From positions 124,001 through 188,000 of the IMG/VR virus record IMGVR_UViG_3300047548_001122: a stretch of 64,000 nucleotides of DNA; one strand, written 5' to 3'. Positions 9,848-18,963 of this stretch are shown here, piece after piece. The position numbers and the translations under genes were made by a program. The stretch's first letter is position 1, and every line of letters begins with the position of its first letter. The notes beneath the pieces were generated by a model. The model worked only from the letters and a program-made list of their open reading frames with translations, made no database searches and was not told the DNA's origin.

Positions 9848-10282
9848 ATGAAACAAGTTGATGAATTATTGGAAATGTGGCGGCAAGATTGTGATATTGA
9901 TCGCACTGAACCAGACAAAGAAATATTAAACATTCCCAAATTACACAGTAAATATTTGAATGTTTTATCGAGACATAGATTGTTGTCAAAGGATGCTGAG
10001 TTCAAATATAATAAAATGAAGAAGTTGAAGTGGGAATATTACACGGGTAAATTGGATGATGACCAACTTGAAGAACATGGTTGGAAACCTTTTCCTTTCA
10101 TACTCAAATCCGACATAACTACATACTTAGACAGTGATGAGGATTTAAACAAATATTTAGCCAACAAAGCTTTACATGATGAAATCGTTGATCTCTGCAC
10201 CATAATACTCAAAGAATTAAACAGTAGAACTTTCCAATTAAGAGACTATATTAGTTGGCAAAAATTTATACAAGGTATTTAA
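9848..10282 (+). CDS. uvsY: Recombination mediator UvsY
   Basis: W..D..ID, IPKLHSKY, K.EYYTGK, YLDSDEDL, FQLRDYISWQKF. Confidence 0.92.
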   Translation: MKQVDELLEMWRQDCDIDRTEPDKEILNIPKLHSKYLNVLSRHRLLSKDAEFKYNKMKKLKWEYYTGKLDDDQLEEHGWKPFPFILKSDITTYLDSDEDLNKYLANKALHDEIVDLCTIILKELNSRTFQLRDYISWQKFIQGI

Positions 10283-11752
10283 TTGACTGATACTATCGTA
10301 CTTCATAAAAAGAATGAAGTTTATATACAATTTGAATGTGAACGCAGTGTAGCTCAAGAACTTTCAGAATATTTTACTTTCTTTGTTCCCGGATATCAAT
10401 TTACTCCCGCATATAAAAACAAATTGTGGGATGGAAAAATACGTCTTGCTGATCTTCGCAATCAATCTATCTACCACGGTCTTGTTCCTTACATAGAGAA
10501 GTTTTGTAAAGAGAGAGATTATAATCTAGAAGTAGATTCAGATGTGGTAAACACGGAAAATTTTTCCTTAGTTGAAGCAGTAGATTTTGTAAGAACATTG
10601 AACTTACCTTTTGAAATACGAGACTATCAATTACAGGCTTTCGTTCAAGCTATAAGAAACAAAAGAATACTTCTATTATCACCAACAGCATCAGGTAAAT
10701 CACTTATAATTTATACGATAGTAAGATACTTACAAAGTCAAGAATTCGAAAGAGGTCTATTGATTGTTCCAACAACTTCTTTAGTTGAACAAATGTATAA
10801 AGACTTTGAAAGTTATGGTTATGATTCTGATGAACATTGTCACCGCCAGTATTCAGGTAAAGAAAAACACACAAATAAATTTTTGACTATCACCACTTGG
10901 CAGTCAATCTATAAAAATGAACCTGAATACTTTGAACAGTTTGATTTTGTCATGGGTGATGAAGCACATCAGTTTAAAGCAAAATCTTTAACAACTATTT
11001 TATCTGGATGTGTCAACTCTAAATATAGAATAGGAACTACAGGTACGTTAGATGGTACTCAGACACATAGACTTGTATTAGAAGGACTATTTGGACCTGT
11101 ATATAAAGCAACTTCTACTTCAGAATTAATTAGTAGAAAAGAGTTAGCTGACTTTAGAATAAAATGTTTGATTTTAAAACACCCAGAAAATGTATGTCAA
11201 GCATCAAAGAAATGGGACTATCAAACTGAAATAGATTATATTGTATTGAATGAACAGAGAAATAAATTTATAAAAAACTTAACATTATCTTTAGAAGGAA
11301 ATACTTTACTATTGTTTCAATTTGTTGAAAAGCATGGTAAAAAACTATATGAAATTATTAAAGAGTCTGCAAAAAATAGACATGTGTTTTTCGTTTTTGG
11401 TGGCACAGATGTTGAAGTACGAGAATCAGTTAGATCAATTACTGAGAAAGAAAGAAATGCAATCATTGTTGCTTCTTACGGCACTTTCAGTACTGGCATT
11501 AATATCCGCAACCTTCATAATATTATATTCGCCTCACCTTCTAAGTCAAGGATTCGTAATTTACAATCGATAGGAAGAGGACTAAGAAAAGGAGAAAACA
11601 AAGAGGAAGCTGTGTTATTCGATATAGCAGATGATATGAGAATAGGTAAACATGCTAATTTTACCTTGAAACATTTCATAGAAAGGTGTAAAATATACGA
11701 TGACGAAAAGTTCAATTACAAATTTTACAATATAGAGTTAAAAGATGAATAA
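10283..11752 (+). CDS. uvsW: SF2 DNA helicase UvsW (TTG start)
   Basis: WDGKIRL, RDYQ, SPTASGKS, DEAH, GTTGT, STGINIRNLHNIIFASPSKSRIRNLQSIGRGLR. Confidence 0.97.
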   Translation: MTDTIVLHKKNEVYIQFECERSVAQELSEYFTFFVPGYQFTPAYKNKLWDGKIRLADLRNQSIYHGLVPYIEKFCKERDYNLEVDSDVVNTENFSLVEAVDFVRTLNLPFEIRDYQLQAFVQAIRNKRILLLSPTASGKSLIIYTIVRYLQSQEFERGLLIVPTTSLVEQMYKDFESYGYDSDEHCHRQYSGKEKHTNKFLTITTWQSIYKNEPEYFEQFDFVMGDEAHQFKAKSLTTILSGCVNSKYRIGTTGTLDGTQTHRLVLEGLFGPVYKATSTSELISRKELADFRIKCLILKHPENVCQASKKWDYQTEIDYIVLNEQRNKFIKNLTLSLEGNTLLLFQFVEKHGKKLYEIIKESAKNRHVFFVFGGTDVEVRESVRSITEKERNAIIVASYGTFSTGINIRNLHNIIFASPSKSRIRNLQSIGRGLRKGENKEEAVLFDIADDMRIGKHANFTLKHFIERCKIYDDEKFNYKFYNIELKDE

Positions 11753-12155
11753 TCAACCAACAATAAAAATAGTAAGACTACAAACAGGTGAAGATATAAT
11801 TTCTTCTATTGTGGAAGATAATGATACTGATATGATTCTTTTGACTAATCCTATGAGAATGATATTGAAAAGGGTACCATCTGAAAAAGGAAGTCAATCT
11901 GTCTTTATGATGATGCCTTGGTTACCTATTGAAGTGATAAAAGAAGATTCTGCTATAATTTATAATTCGGATGTTATCACTATGTTTGATCCTAAGGATT
12001 CTTTGATTGAATATTATCAGAATATGGTAAATGAATCTGTTCTTACTATGTTACATGGTGAAGATGATACAGACTTTGAAGAAGAAGAGTACGAACTCAC
12101 TGAAGAAGAATTAGAAGAGATAGAACGGTATAAAGAAGGAAAGCTATTACATTAA
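11745..12155 (+). CDS. Conserved T4-like hypothetical protein (possible Sm-like fold)
   Basis: IVRLQTGEDII..NPM..PWLP pattern; usual position between uvsW and gp55. Confidence 0.65.
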   Translation: MNNQPTIKIVRLQTGEDIISSIVEDNDTDMILLTNPMRMILKRVPSEKGSQSVFMMMPWLPIEVIKEDSAIIYNSDVITMFDPKDSLIEYYQNMVNESVLTMLHGEDDTDFEEEEYELTEEELEEIERYKEGKLLH

Positions 12156-12175
12156 TCATCTAACGGAACACCGCC

Positions 12176-12204
12176 ACTTTAACATGTGTCAAGCCGTTTG
12201 TCAA
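12176..12204 (-). promoter_or_regulatory. Antisense sigma70-type promoter divergent from gp55
   Basis: Minus strand TTGACA (12204-12199)-17 bp-TAAAGT (12181-12176) with TGn extension. Confidence 0.55.
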
Positions 12205-12223
12205 CACTTTTACAGGCAATATT

Positions 12224-12754
12224 ATGACTAAATCGAATCATTACATCAACAACGCAGATTTCTTAGCATCATTGGTAAAATACCATGAAGAATGTGCGAT
12301 TGCTAAAAAACAAAAAACTGAAGAACCTCCTATTCCAAACTATATTGGAGAATGCTTTCTAAAAATTGCAGAACATCTTTCCAGGAAACCCAATTTTATA
12401 TCATATACTTTCCGTGATGAAATGATCTCAGATGGTGTAGAAAATTGCCTTATGTATTTCCGCAACTTTGATCCGGCAAAGAGTAATAATCCATTTGCTT
12501 ATTTTACTCAAATCATATATTATGCTTTCTTACGCCGAATCATGAAAGAGAAGAAACAGTTATATGTCAAATATAAGGCAACACAACAGTTCGGTATTCT
12601 GGATGAAGGCGAGATGTATGAAGATGAAAACGGCAACATGAAACAATTTGAACTCTACGATAATATTTCCGAATTCATACAAAACTTTGAAGAAAGTAAA
12701 CGAAAGAAAAAAGAAGGCAAAACAAAAGGAATTGATAATTTTGTGGAAGAATAA
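12224..12754 (+). CDS. gp55: Late transcription sigma factor
   Basis: HYINNADFL, YIGECFLKIAEHLSRKPNFISYTFRDEMISDGVENC, NPFAYFTQIIYYAFLRRI.KEKKQ. Confidence 0.97.
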   Translation: MTKSNHYINNADFLASLVKYHEECAIAKKQKTEEPPIPNYIGECFLKIAEHLSRKPNFISYTFRDEMISDGVENCLMYFRNFDPAKSNNPFAYFTQIIYYAFLRRIMKEKKQLYVKYKATQQFGILDEGEMYEDENGNMKQFELYDNISEFIQNFEESKRKKKEGKTKGIDNFVEE

Positions 12755-13356
12755 TGAACAGTCAACTACTACAAAATAATTACATTTTCATACCTAACTT
12801 TATAGAAAAAGAAAGAGCTCAAATTTTAGCTAAAAGGTTTGATACTTTTTGCCAAAAAAATAAATTGGCTGGAGATCCGCAGGCTCCGAACTCTAGTTCT
12901 TTTTATAACTATATTGAATTTGTAGAATTGTTGTGTGAAAAAACCAATCAAGTTAGTGAAATTCTAGGACAAAAAGTTTTACCTACGTATACCTATTCTA
13001 GAGTTTACAAACGAGGTGATGATTTAAAACGGCATAGAGATAGACCTGCTTGCGAAATTAGTTTGACGTTGAATCTGTTTAAACAAAAAGATTGGCCTAT
13101 TTACATACAGAAACCTAATGGTGAAGAAGTTTCAGTTGAAATGGAACAAGGTGATGCTATGATGTATTTGGGTTGCGTATCAGATCATTGGAGACATGAA
13201 ATAGATCAAGATAAGTACATACAAGTATTTCTTCATTATGTCAGAAGTAATGGACCGTATGCTTCTGCTTTTTTTGATAAACACAAACCACAACCTGTAA
13301 AATTAGAATACGAAACAGAACCAGTTAAAAGAAATAACGGATTTTTTATATTGTGA
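12754..13356 (+). CDS. 2OG-Fe(II) oxygenase family protein
   Basis: PTYTYSRVY, HRDRPACEISLTL (HxD), GDAMMYLG..DHWR (distal His), QVFLHYV. Confidence 0.8.
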   Translation: MNSQLLQNNYIFIPNFIEKERAQILAKRFDTFCQKNKLAGDPQAPNSSSFYNYIEFVELLCEKTNQVSEILGQKVLPTYTYSRVYKRGDDLKRHRDRPACEISLTLNLFKQKDWPIYIQKPNGEEVSVEMEQGDAMMYLGCVSDHWRHEIDQDKYIQVFLHYVRSNGPYASAFFDKHKPQPVKLEYETEPVKRNNGFFIL

Positions 13357-13363
13357 TTTAAAC

Positions 13364-14434
13364 ATGAAATTATGTATACTAGGTGATACTCACTTCGGTG
13401 CTCGAGGTGATTCTTTAGACTTCCACAAATATTTCCAAAAATTTTACGACCAAATATTTTTTCCTTATTTGTTAGAGAATAATATTAAAGTCGTTGTTCA
13501 AATGGGCGATTTGTTTGATCGCCGAAAGTTTATCAATTTCAATTCACTTTACCTTTGCAGAAAATACTTTTTCGATAAACTAAGAGATCACGATATACAA
13601 CTATACGCTTTAGTTGGTAATCATGATGTTGCATTTAAAAACACACTTGAGGTAAATTCACCAAACTTATTATTAAAAGAATATGACAATGTATTTTTAA
13701 TTGAAAATTTTTCGACAGAAAAATTCGATGGTGTCGATATTGATATAGTGCCTTGGTTGTGTGCCGACAATGAAGAAGAAATCTTCCAAAAAATAAAAAA
13801 CAGTAAATCACAGATATGTTTTGGGCATTTTGAAATAGATGGTTTCGAAATGGATAGAGGCAATGTTCATCAAGGTGGGCTTGACAGAAAGACATTATTC
13901 AAGTATGATGTAGTATTAAGTGGTCATTTTCACCATAAATCGTCATCAGACAATGTTACCTATGTTGGCACTCCTTATGAAATGACCTGGTCTGATTTTG
14001 ATGACCCAAAAGGGTTTCACATTTTCGATACCGACAATCGTGAATTACAGTTCGTCAAAAACACATTTGTCATGTTCAACAAGATTGTTTATGATGATGC
14101 ACAGACAGATTTTGAATTTTGGAAAAAATACGATTACGATAAATTAAAAGATTCTTATGTAAAAGTAATCGTGTTAAACAAACAGAATCCTTTTTTATTT
14201 GAACATGTTTTAGATAATTTATATAAAGTTGGACTTAGTGATCTTTCTATAGTTGAAGATTTTAGTGAAAACATAATGGGTGATGATAGTGATATTATTG
14301 ACCAAGCTGAAGATACTATGACCATACTTTCTAAGTATATTGATAATTTAGAAATCGATATTGAATCTGATAAATTGAAAACGCTTATGAGAGAACTTTA
14401 CATTGAGGCTTTGAATACTGAGGTGTCTGACTAG
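13364..14434 (+). CDS. gp47: Recombination endonuclease subunit (Mre11/SbcD-like)
   Basis: GDTHFG, GDLFD, GNHD, GHFEI, SGHFH phosphoesterase motifs. Confidence 0.97.
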   Translation: MKLCILGDTHFGARGDSLDFHKYFQKFYDQIFFPYLLENNIKVVVQMGDLFDRRKFINFNSLYLCRKYFFDKLRDHDIQLYALVGNHDVAFKNTLEVNSPNLLLKEYDNVFLIENFSTEKFDGVDIDIVPWLCADNEEEIFQKIKNSKSQICFGHFEIDGFEMDRGNVHQGGLDRKTLFKYDVVLSGHFHHKSSSDNVTYVGTPYEMTWSDFDDPKGFHIFDTDNRELQFVKNTFVMFNKIVYDDAQTDFEFWKKYDYDKLKDSYVKVIVLNKQNPFLFEHVLDNLYKVGLSDLSIVEDFSENIMGDDSDIIDQAEDTMTILSKYIDNLEIDIESDKLKTLMRELYIEALNTEVSD

Positions 14435-16146
14435 TGTTACTCTTTAGAAATATAAAGTGGAAAAACCTGTTAAGCACAGGTAACAACTTCACAGAAATAA
14501 AACTAGACAATCAAAGTAATACACTTATTGTTGGTGAGAACGGTTCAGGTAAATCTACTTTACTTGATGCCTTATGCTTCGCACTTTTCGGAAAAGCATT
14601 TAGAAACATAAACAAACCAAACCTTATCAATTCAATTAACGGTAAAGATTGTGTAGTTGAAGTTACATTTGATACAAATAATAAGTCTTATAAAATTATA
14701 AGAGGTATTAAACCCAACCTTTTTGAAATTTATTGTAATAACGAGTTATTAAATCAAGAGGCTGCGTCTAGAGATTACCAAGATTATCTGGAAAGATTTA
14801 TTCTGAAGATGAATTATAAATCTTTCACGCAGATTGTGATTCTAGGTTCAGCATCATTCACACCCTTCATGCAATTGTCTGCATCTGATCGCAGATCAAT
14901 CATCGAAGATTTGTTAGACATACAGATTTTTTCTACGATGAATAATATCGTAAAAGAAAAAATTTCAAAGAACAAAGAAAACTCTACGATAAAAAAGAAT
15001 GATATTGAATTATATTCACAAGAATATAAATTAAAGAAAGAACACTTAGACAAATTAAATTTAGATACTGATGCTAAGGTGACCGAGTATGAGAATGAAA
15101 TACAAACTAATAATGATGCCTTGGAAACCTTACATGCGGAAGTTACAGGACACACAGCTAGTATTGAGGAATTACAAACTGCCGTTTCGAACAAGTTGGA
15201 CATTGAAACAAAAGTCAAAAAGATATCCAAACTTGAATCGCAGATTGAAAGCAATATCACCAAATTCAACAAAGATATCGATTTTTTCCGACATCATGAT
15301 GATTGTCCAACGTGCAGACAAACCATTGCCGTGGAGATTAAAGAAAAAGAAATCGAGTCACTTACTGGAAGAGTCGAAGAATCTAAGCAAGGCCTTACTG
15401 AACTTGAAACTAAACTCAATGAAGAACAGCAAAAACTTAATGAAATAGTGGAGAAACAAAAAGAAATACAAAGAATTCAGGTTGAAATTGCTACTAAAAA
15501 TGCTTCGATTACGGGCATAAACAAGTATATTAGTAAGTTGCAGTCTTTAATACTTGAACTTAAAAACAATAAAACCAATACACAGAAAGAAGAAGATACT
15601 TTAAAGGAGTTGAAGTCTGCACTAAACAAAATGCAGGAAGAGTTGAAAGAACTTATTGAAGAAAAAACTTATTATGAATTCGCTTCTAATCTTTTAAAAG
15701 ATACTGGTATTAAAACCAAAATTGTAAAACAGTATTTACCAATCATAAACAAATTAGTAAATAAGTATTTGGCTTCTTTAGATTTCTTTGTCAATTTTAA
15801 TTTAGATGAATCGTTTAAAGAAACAATCAAGTCAAGACACCGAGATGAATTTAGTTATCATAATTTTTCTGAAGGTGAAAAACAAAGAATTGATATGGCA
15901 CTAATGTTGACATGGAGAGCGATTGCAAAGTTGAAGAACTCTTCAAACACAAACTTGTTGATATTGGATGAAACGTTTGATTCTTCGTTAGATTCTACTG
16001 GTACAGATGAATTGATGAAACTGTTACACATGTTAGAAGGTGTAAATTTATTTGTTATCTCACATAAAGGCGATATACTACAAGATAAGTTTATAAATGT
16101 AATACGATTTGTGAAAGAGAAGAATTTTTCTAGGATGGTAAAATGA
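14434..16146 (+). CDS. gp46: Recombination ATPase subunit (Rad50/SbcC-like), GTG start
   Basis: GENGSGKST, CPTC zinc hook, FSEGEK signature, LILDE, ISH. Confidence 0.97.
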   Translation: MLLFRNIKWKNLLSTGNNFTEIKLDNQSNTLIVGENGSGKSTLLDALCFALFGKAFRNINKPNLINSINGKDCVVEVTFDTNNKSYKIIRGIKPNLFEIYCNNELLNQEAASRDYQDYLERFILKMNYKSFTQIVILGSASFTPFMQLSASDRRSIIEDLLDIQIFSTMNNIVKEKISKNKENSTIKKNDIELYSQEYKLKKEHLDKLNLDTDAKVTEYENEIQTNNDALETLHAEVTGHTASIEELQTAVSNKLDIETKVKKISKLESQIESNITKFNKDIDFFRHHDDCPTCRQTIAVEIKEKEIESLTGRVEESKQGLTELETKLNEEQQKLNEIVEKQKEIQRIQVEIATKNASITGINKYISKLQSLILELKNNKTNTQKEEDTLKELKSALNKMQEELKELIEEKTYYEFASNLLKDTGIKTKIVKQYLPIINKLVNKYLASLDFFVNFNLDESFKETIKSRHRDEFSYHNFSEGEKQRIDMALMLTWRAIAKLKNSSNTNLLILDETFDSSLDSTGTDELMKLLHMLEGVNLFVISHKGDILQDKFINVIRFVKEKNFSRMVK

Positions 16147-16916
16147 ATTTTCAAGAATATCTAACGTGGTATAGAGATGTCGTGGATAAAGAAGTTGAGG
16201 GATGGTTTTATCCAATCGACATAATTGTTATGTATGGTATATTGAAAGAGATTCAAAGAAATATTTCAGGTGATATTTGTGAGATTGGTGTAGCTTATGG
16301 TAAAAGTGCTATTGCTATTTCCAATTTTAAAAGATCAGAAGATAATTTATATCTCTATGATATTTTTCCCGAAGAAGTTTTTTCCAAATGTTTACTTAAC
16401 ATTAAAAAGTTTGGTACAGATGATAATTTAGTTTGGAGAATAGAAGATACTACCAATCTAGAACACAGTCAAAAACTTTTTGATAAACGTTTAAGATTCC
16501 TACACATAGATGGATGCCATGAACACTCTGCCGTATTAAGTGATTTACAGTTTTTTAGTCACTACATGGTAGATCAAGGAATAATAGTGCTTGACGATTT
16601 CAATGATTACGAGTATCCTGGTGTCAACAGTGCTGCCATAGAATTTAGTTTGGCAAAATATAATGTTAAAAACTGGAGAGTGTTTGCTATTGGTGATAAT
16701 AAGGCTTACATGTGTCAAAAAAAATATGTAACTACTTATCAATCTCTGTTAGCAATGTTTATGAAAAATGCATTACAAACAATGAACGTTCCTTTTCCTT
16801 TACCTTTAGCACTTCGAGAGATGCTTGATGTAAATGTTTTAATGTGTGATTCCCGTGAAGATTGGGAATATAAAAGGATTATAGAAAATATAAATGATAA
16901 ACCTAGAATAGGATAA
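16143..16916 (+). CDS. Class I SAM-dependent methyltransferase (Methyltransf_24-like)
   Basis: ICEIGVAYGKS, FLHIDGCHEH..V.SDL, GIIVLDDF. Confidence 0.8.
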   Translation: MNFQEYLTWYRDVVDKEVEGWFYPIDIIVMYGILKEIQRNISGDICEIGVAYGKSAIAISNFKRSEDNLYLYDIFPEEVFSKCLLNIKKFGTDDNLVWRIEDTTNLEHSQKLFDKRLRFLHIDGCHEHSAVLSDLQFFSHYMVDQGIIVLDDFNDYEYPGVNSAAIEFSLAKYNVKNWRVFAIGDNKAYMCQKKYVTTYQSLLAMFMKNALQTMNVPFPLPLALREMLDVNVLMCDSREDWEYKRIIENINDKPRIG

Positions 16917-16920
16917 AGTT

Positions 16921-17505
16921 ATGAGTGAAATTTTAACACTTGATACTTCCGAAGGCATAACCAAATTTAAGGAAGAAAAACCTCAACTATTAGTTGTATA
17001 TTCTGATAAGCATCCAATGTTGAATGAAGTGATGCCTGAATATACTGAACCTCTACCAAATAAAGATATGTATGATTTGGTAAAGAATATGAAAGAAACC
17101 ATGAAGATTTATGGTGGTGTAGGACTTTCAGCTAATCAGTGTGGCATAAGAAAAAGAGTTTTTGTTATGGGTACAGATCAATTTCAAATTGCATGTATCA
17201 ATCCTAAAGTCTTAGAGGTGTCTGAAGAAAAAGAAAAACAAATAGAAGGATGTTTGTCTTTCCCTGCAATGTTTATGAAAGTCGAAAGACCAAAATCAGT
17301 TTTTGCTGAATATACTGATGAGAATGGAGAAGTTCATAGAGAATGGTTTCAAGGATTAACTGCACGTTGTTTTTTACATGAAACCGATCACATGAATGGA
17401 ATAAAATATACAAAATATGTTGGTCCAGTGGCCATTCGTATGGCTCAACAAAAACAGTTGAAAAAAATTAAAACTGTTAAAAGAAGAATGAAAAATGGCG
17501 TATAG
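16921..17505 (+). CDS. def: Peptide deformylase
   Basis: GVGLSANQCG, EGCLS, HETDH. Confidence 0.95.
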   Translation: MSEILTLDTSEGITKFKEEKPQLLVVYSDKHPMLNEVMPEYTEPLPNKDMYDLVKNMKETMKIYGGVGLSANQCGIRKRVFVMGTDQFQIACINPKVLEVSEEKEKQIEGCLSFPAMFMKVERPKSVFAEYTDENGEVHREWFQGLTARCFLHETDHMNGIKYTKYVGPVAIRMAQQKQLKKIKTVKRRMKNGV

Positions 17506-18772
17506 TTTTGATCCTAAAGATGATGTTGAAACTCAGTGGCAAAAGTGGCAAGACTCGGGTATTGAATATCAAAATATAGATGTCGATCAGTTACGTGAGA
17601 AAACCATAAAAGAACTTACGTATGTGTCTGGCATGGATGTTAAAGAATACACACTGTTTCAAAAGTGGTGTGAGGTTCAAGAAAAATATCCTACGATGTT
17701 GGTCAACGACCTATGGGAAGGCGAAAAGAAAGTTCTCATAGATGATGAACAAAGAAGGTCGATTGAAGAGATTAAAAATAATTTTTGGGTACCTAGTACA
17801 CCTGAAGATTATCTAAACTTACAACCAGAATTAATTTACACAAATAAAGAAGATAATCTACCAGAGTTATGGAACACTATACGAACATTTTCTTCCACAA
17901 TGAAGAACAACTCGAATATTGGACGTAATTTAAACTTTATTGTTCGTGACAAAGTAACTAAAAAATATCTTGGTGTTATCTGCATTAGTTCCGACTTCTT
18001 AGATTTGACACCAAGAGATAACTTTATTGGCTGGTCCAGAGAATTAAAAACTCAAGGTGGTATGATTAATCATACAGCTATAGGATCAACAATCGTTCCT
18101 TTACAACCTTTGGGTTATAATTATGTGGGTGGCAAATTACTTGCTCTATTGTGTTTGTCTGATCCTGTACAACAGTTATGGGAAAAACTTTACGGAGATA
18201 AATTAGTATCTGTAACTACTACATCATTATATGGTAAAACAAAAGCCGGTGGATTATCACAATACGATAATTTGGATCATTGGTTGCCGATGGGTTTTAC
18301 TTCTGGCTCTGTTTCATTTGAACCTTTGACCGATACTAGATACATGATACGTGAATGGTTGAAAACAAATCATACCAGAAAATATTTTGAGTGGTATGTT
18401 GCAAAGAAACCTTCTGGACAACCACATAAAAGAGATCATAAAAATCGATCTTTAAATTTTACATACACACAGTTAAGCATACCAAAAGAATTGATTCGTT
18501 CTGAACATGCAAGAGGAATTTATTTTTCACCGTTATATGATAAGTCTTGTGAATTTTTACGTGGTGACCATGACGGTAAAAATATGAATAAGTTATTTGA
18601 CACCAGTGTTGAATCGTTGGTTGATATCTGGAAAACTAAACACGCTAAACCGAGAATCAAACAATTGGTAAAAAAAGATAAAGTATCTTATGATACCTTG
18701 TTCTATGATGATTTGTGCTACTTAACTTGGGAAGAAACAAAAGAAAAATACCTTCCACAAGTTGGTCGGTAA
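17495..18772 (+). CDS. DruA/DUF4338-like protein, paralog A (Mom-like GNAT fold inferred)
   Basis: GRNLNFIVRD..YLGVI, PRDNFIGW, IVPLQPLGYNYVGGKLLAL, VTTTSLYG..SQYDNL match the DruA pattern as I recall it. Confidence 0.65.
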   Translation: MAYSFDPKDDVETQWQKWQDSGIEYQNIDVDQLREKTIKELTYVSGMDVKEYTLFQKWCEVQEKYPTMLVNDLWEGEKKVLIDDEQRRSIEEIKNNFWVPSTPEDYLNLQPELIYTNKEDNLPELWNTIRTFSSTMKNNSNIGRNLNFIVRDKVTKKYLGVICISSDFLDLTPRDNFIGWSRELKTQGGMINHTAIGSTIVPLQPLGYNYVGGKLLALLCLSDPVQQLWEKLYGDKLVSVTTTSLYGKTKAGGLSQYDNLDHWLPMGFTSGSVSFEPLTDTRYMIREWLKTNHTRKYFEWYVAKKPSGQPHKRDHKNRSLNFTYTQLSIPKELIRSEHARGIYFSPLYDKSCEFLRGDHDGKNMNKLFDTSVESLVDIWKTKHAKPRIKQLVKKDKVSYDTLFYDDLCYLTWEETKEKYLPQVGR

Positions 18773-18787
18773 TAATAAAAAAGATGC

Positions 18788-18816
18788 TTGACAATTGAAG
18801 AAAGTTCCTATATAAT
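18788..18816 (+). promoter_or_regulatory. Sigma70-type promoter for the tRNA-like RNA
   Basis: TTGACA (18788)-17 bp-TATAAT (18811); no ORF between it and the next promoter. Confidence 0.88.
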
Positions 18817-18828
18817 TGTATCTGAAAT

Positions 18829-18891
18829 GCGGAGAGTCCGAGACAACCTGCCCCCGCAGGTAGAGAGGTTTAACTCCTCTTATCCGCTCCA
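18829..18891 (+). ncRNA. 63-nt mini tRNA-Gly-like RNA with encoded CCA
   Basis: Acceptor GCGGAGA/TATCCGC + T73 + CCA; T-arm AGAGG-TTTAACT-CCTCT; anticodon-like arm ACCTG-CCCCCG-CAGGT; D-arm reduced to GTC-CGA-GAC. Confidence 0.75.
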
Positions 18892-18896
18892 CCCAC

Positions 18897-18963
18897 GTTA
18901 TCAAATTAGCAACAGTTGTTAAAAAGACAACGGCTTGACTTTTCCTTTTTCCTGTGTTATAAT
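18897..18963 (+). promoter_or_regulatory. Extended -10 sigma70 promoter with upstream tandem palindromes (vWA gene)
   Basis: TTGACT (18935)-17 bp-TGnTATAAT (18958); GTTRT-N7-RCAAC at 18897 and 18915. Confidence 0.8.

Noticed and set aside
18829-18891. Canonical decoding tRNA-Gly(CCC)
   Set aside because: No real D-arm or G18G19, 6-nt anticodon loop, only 63 nt; kept as a tRNA-like ncRNA
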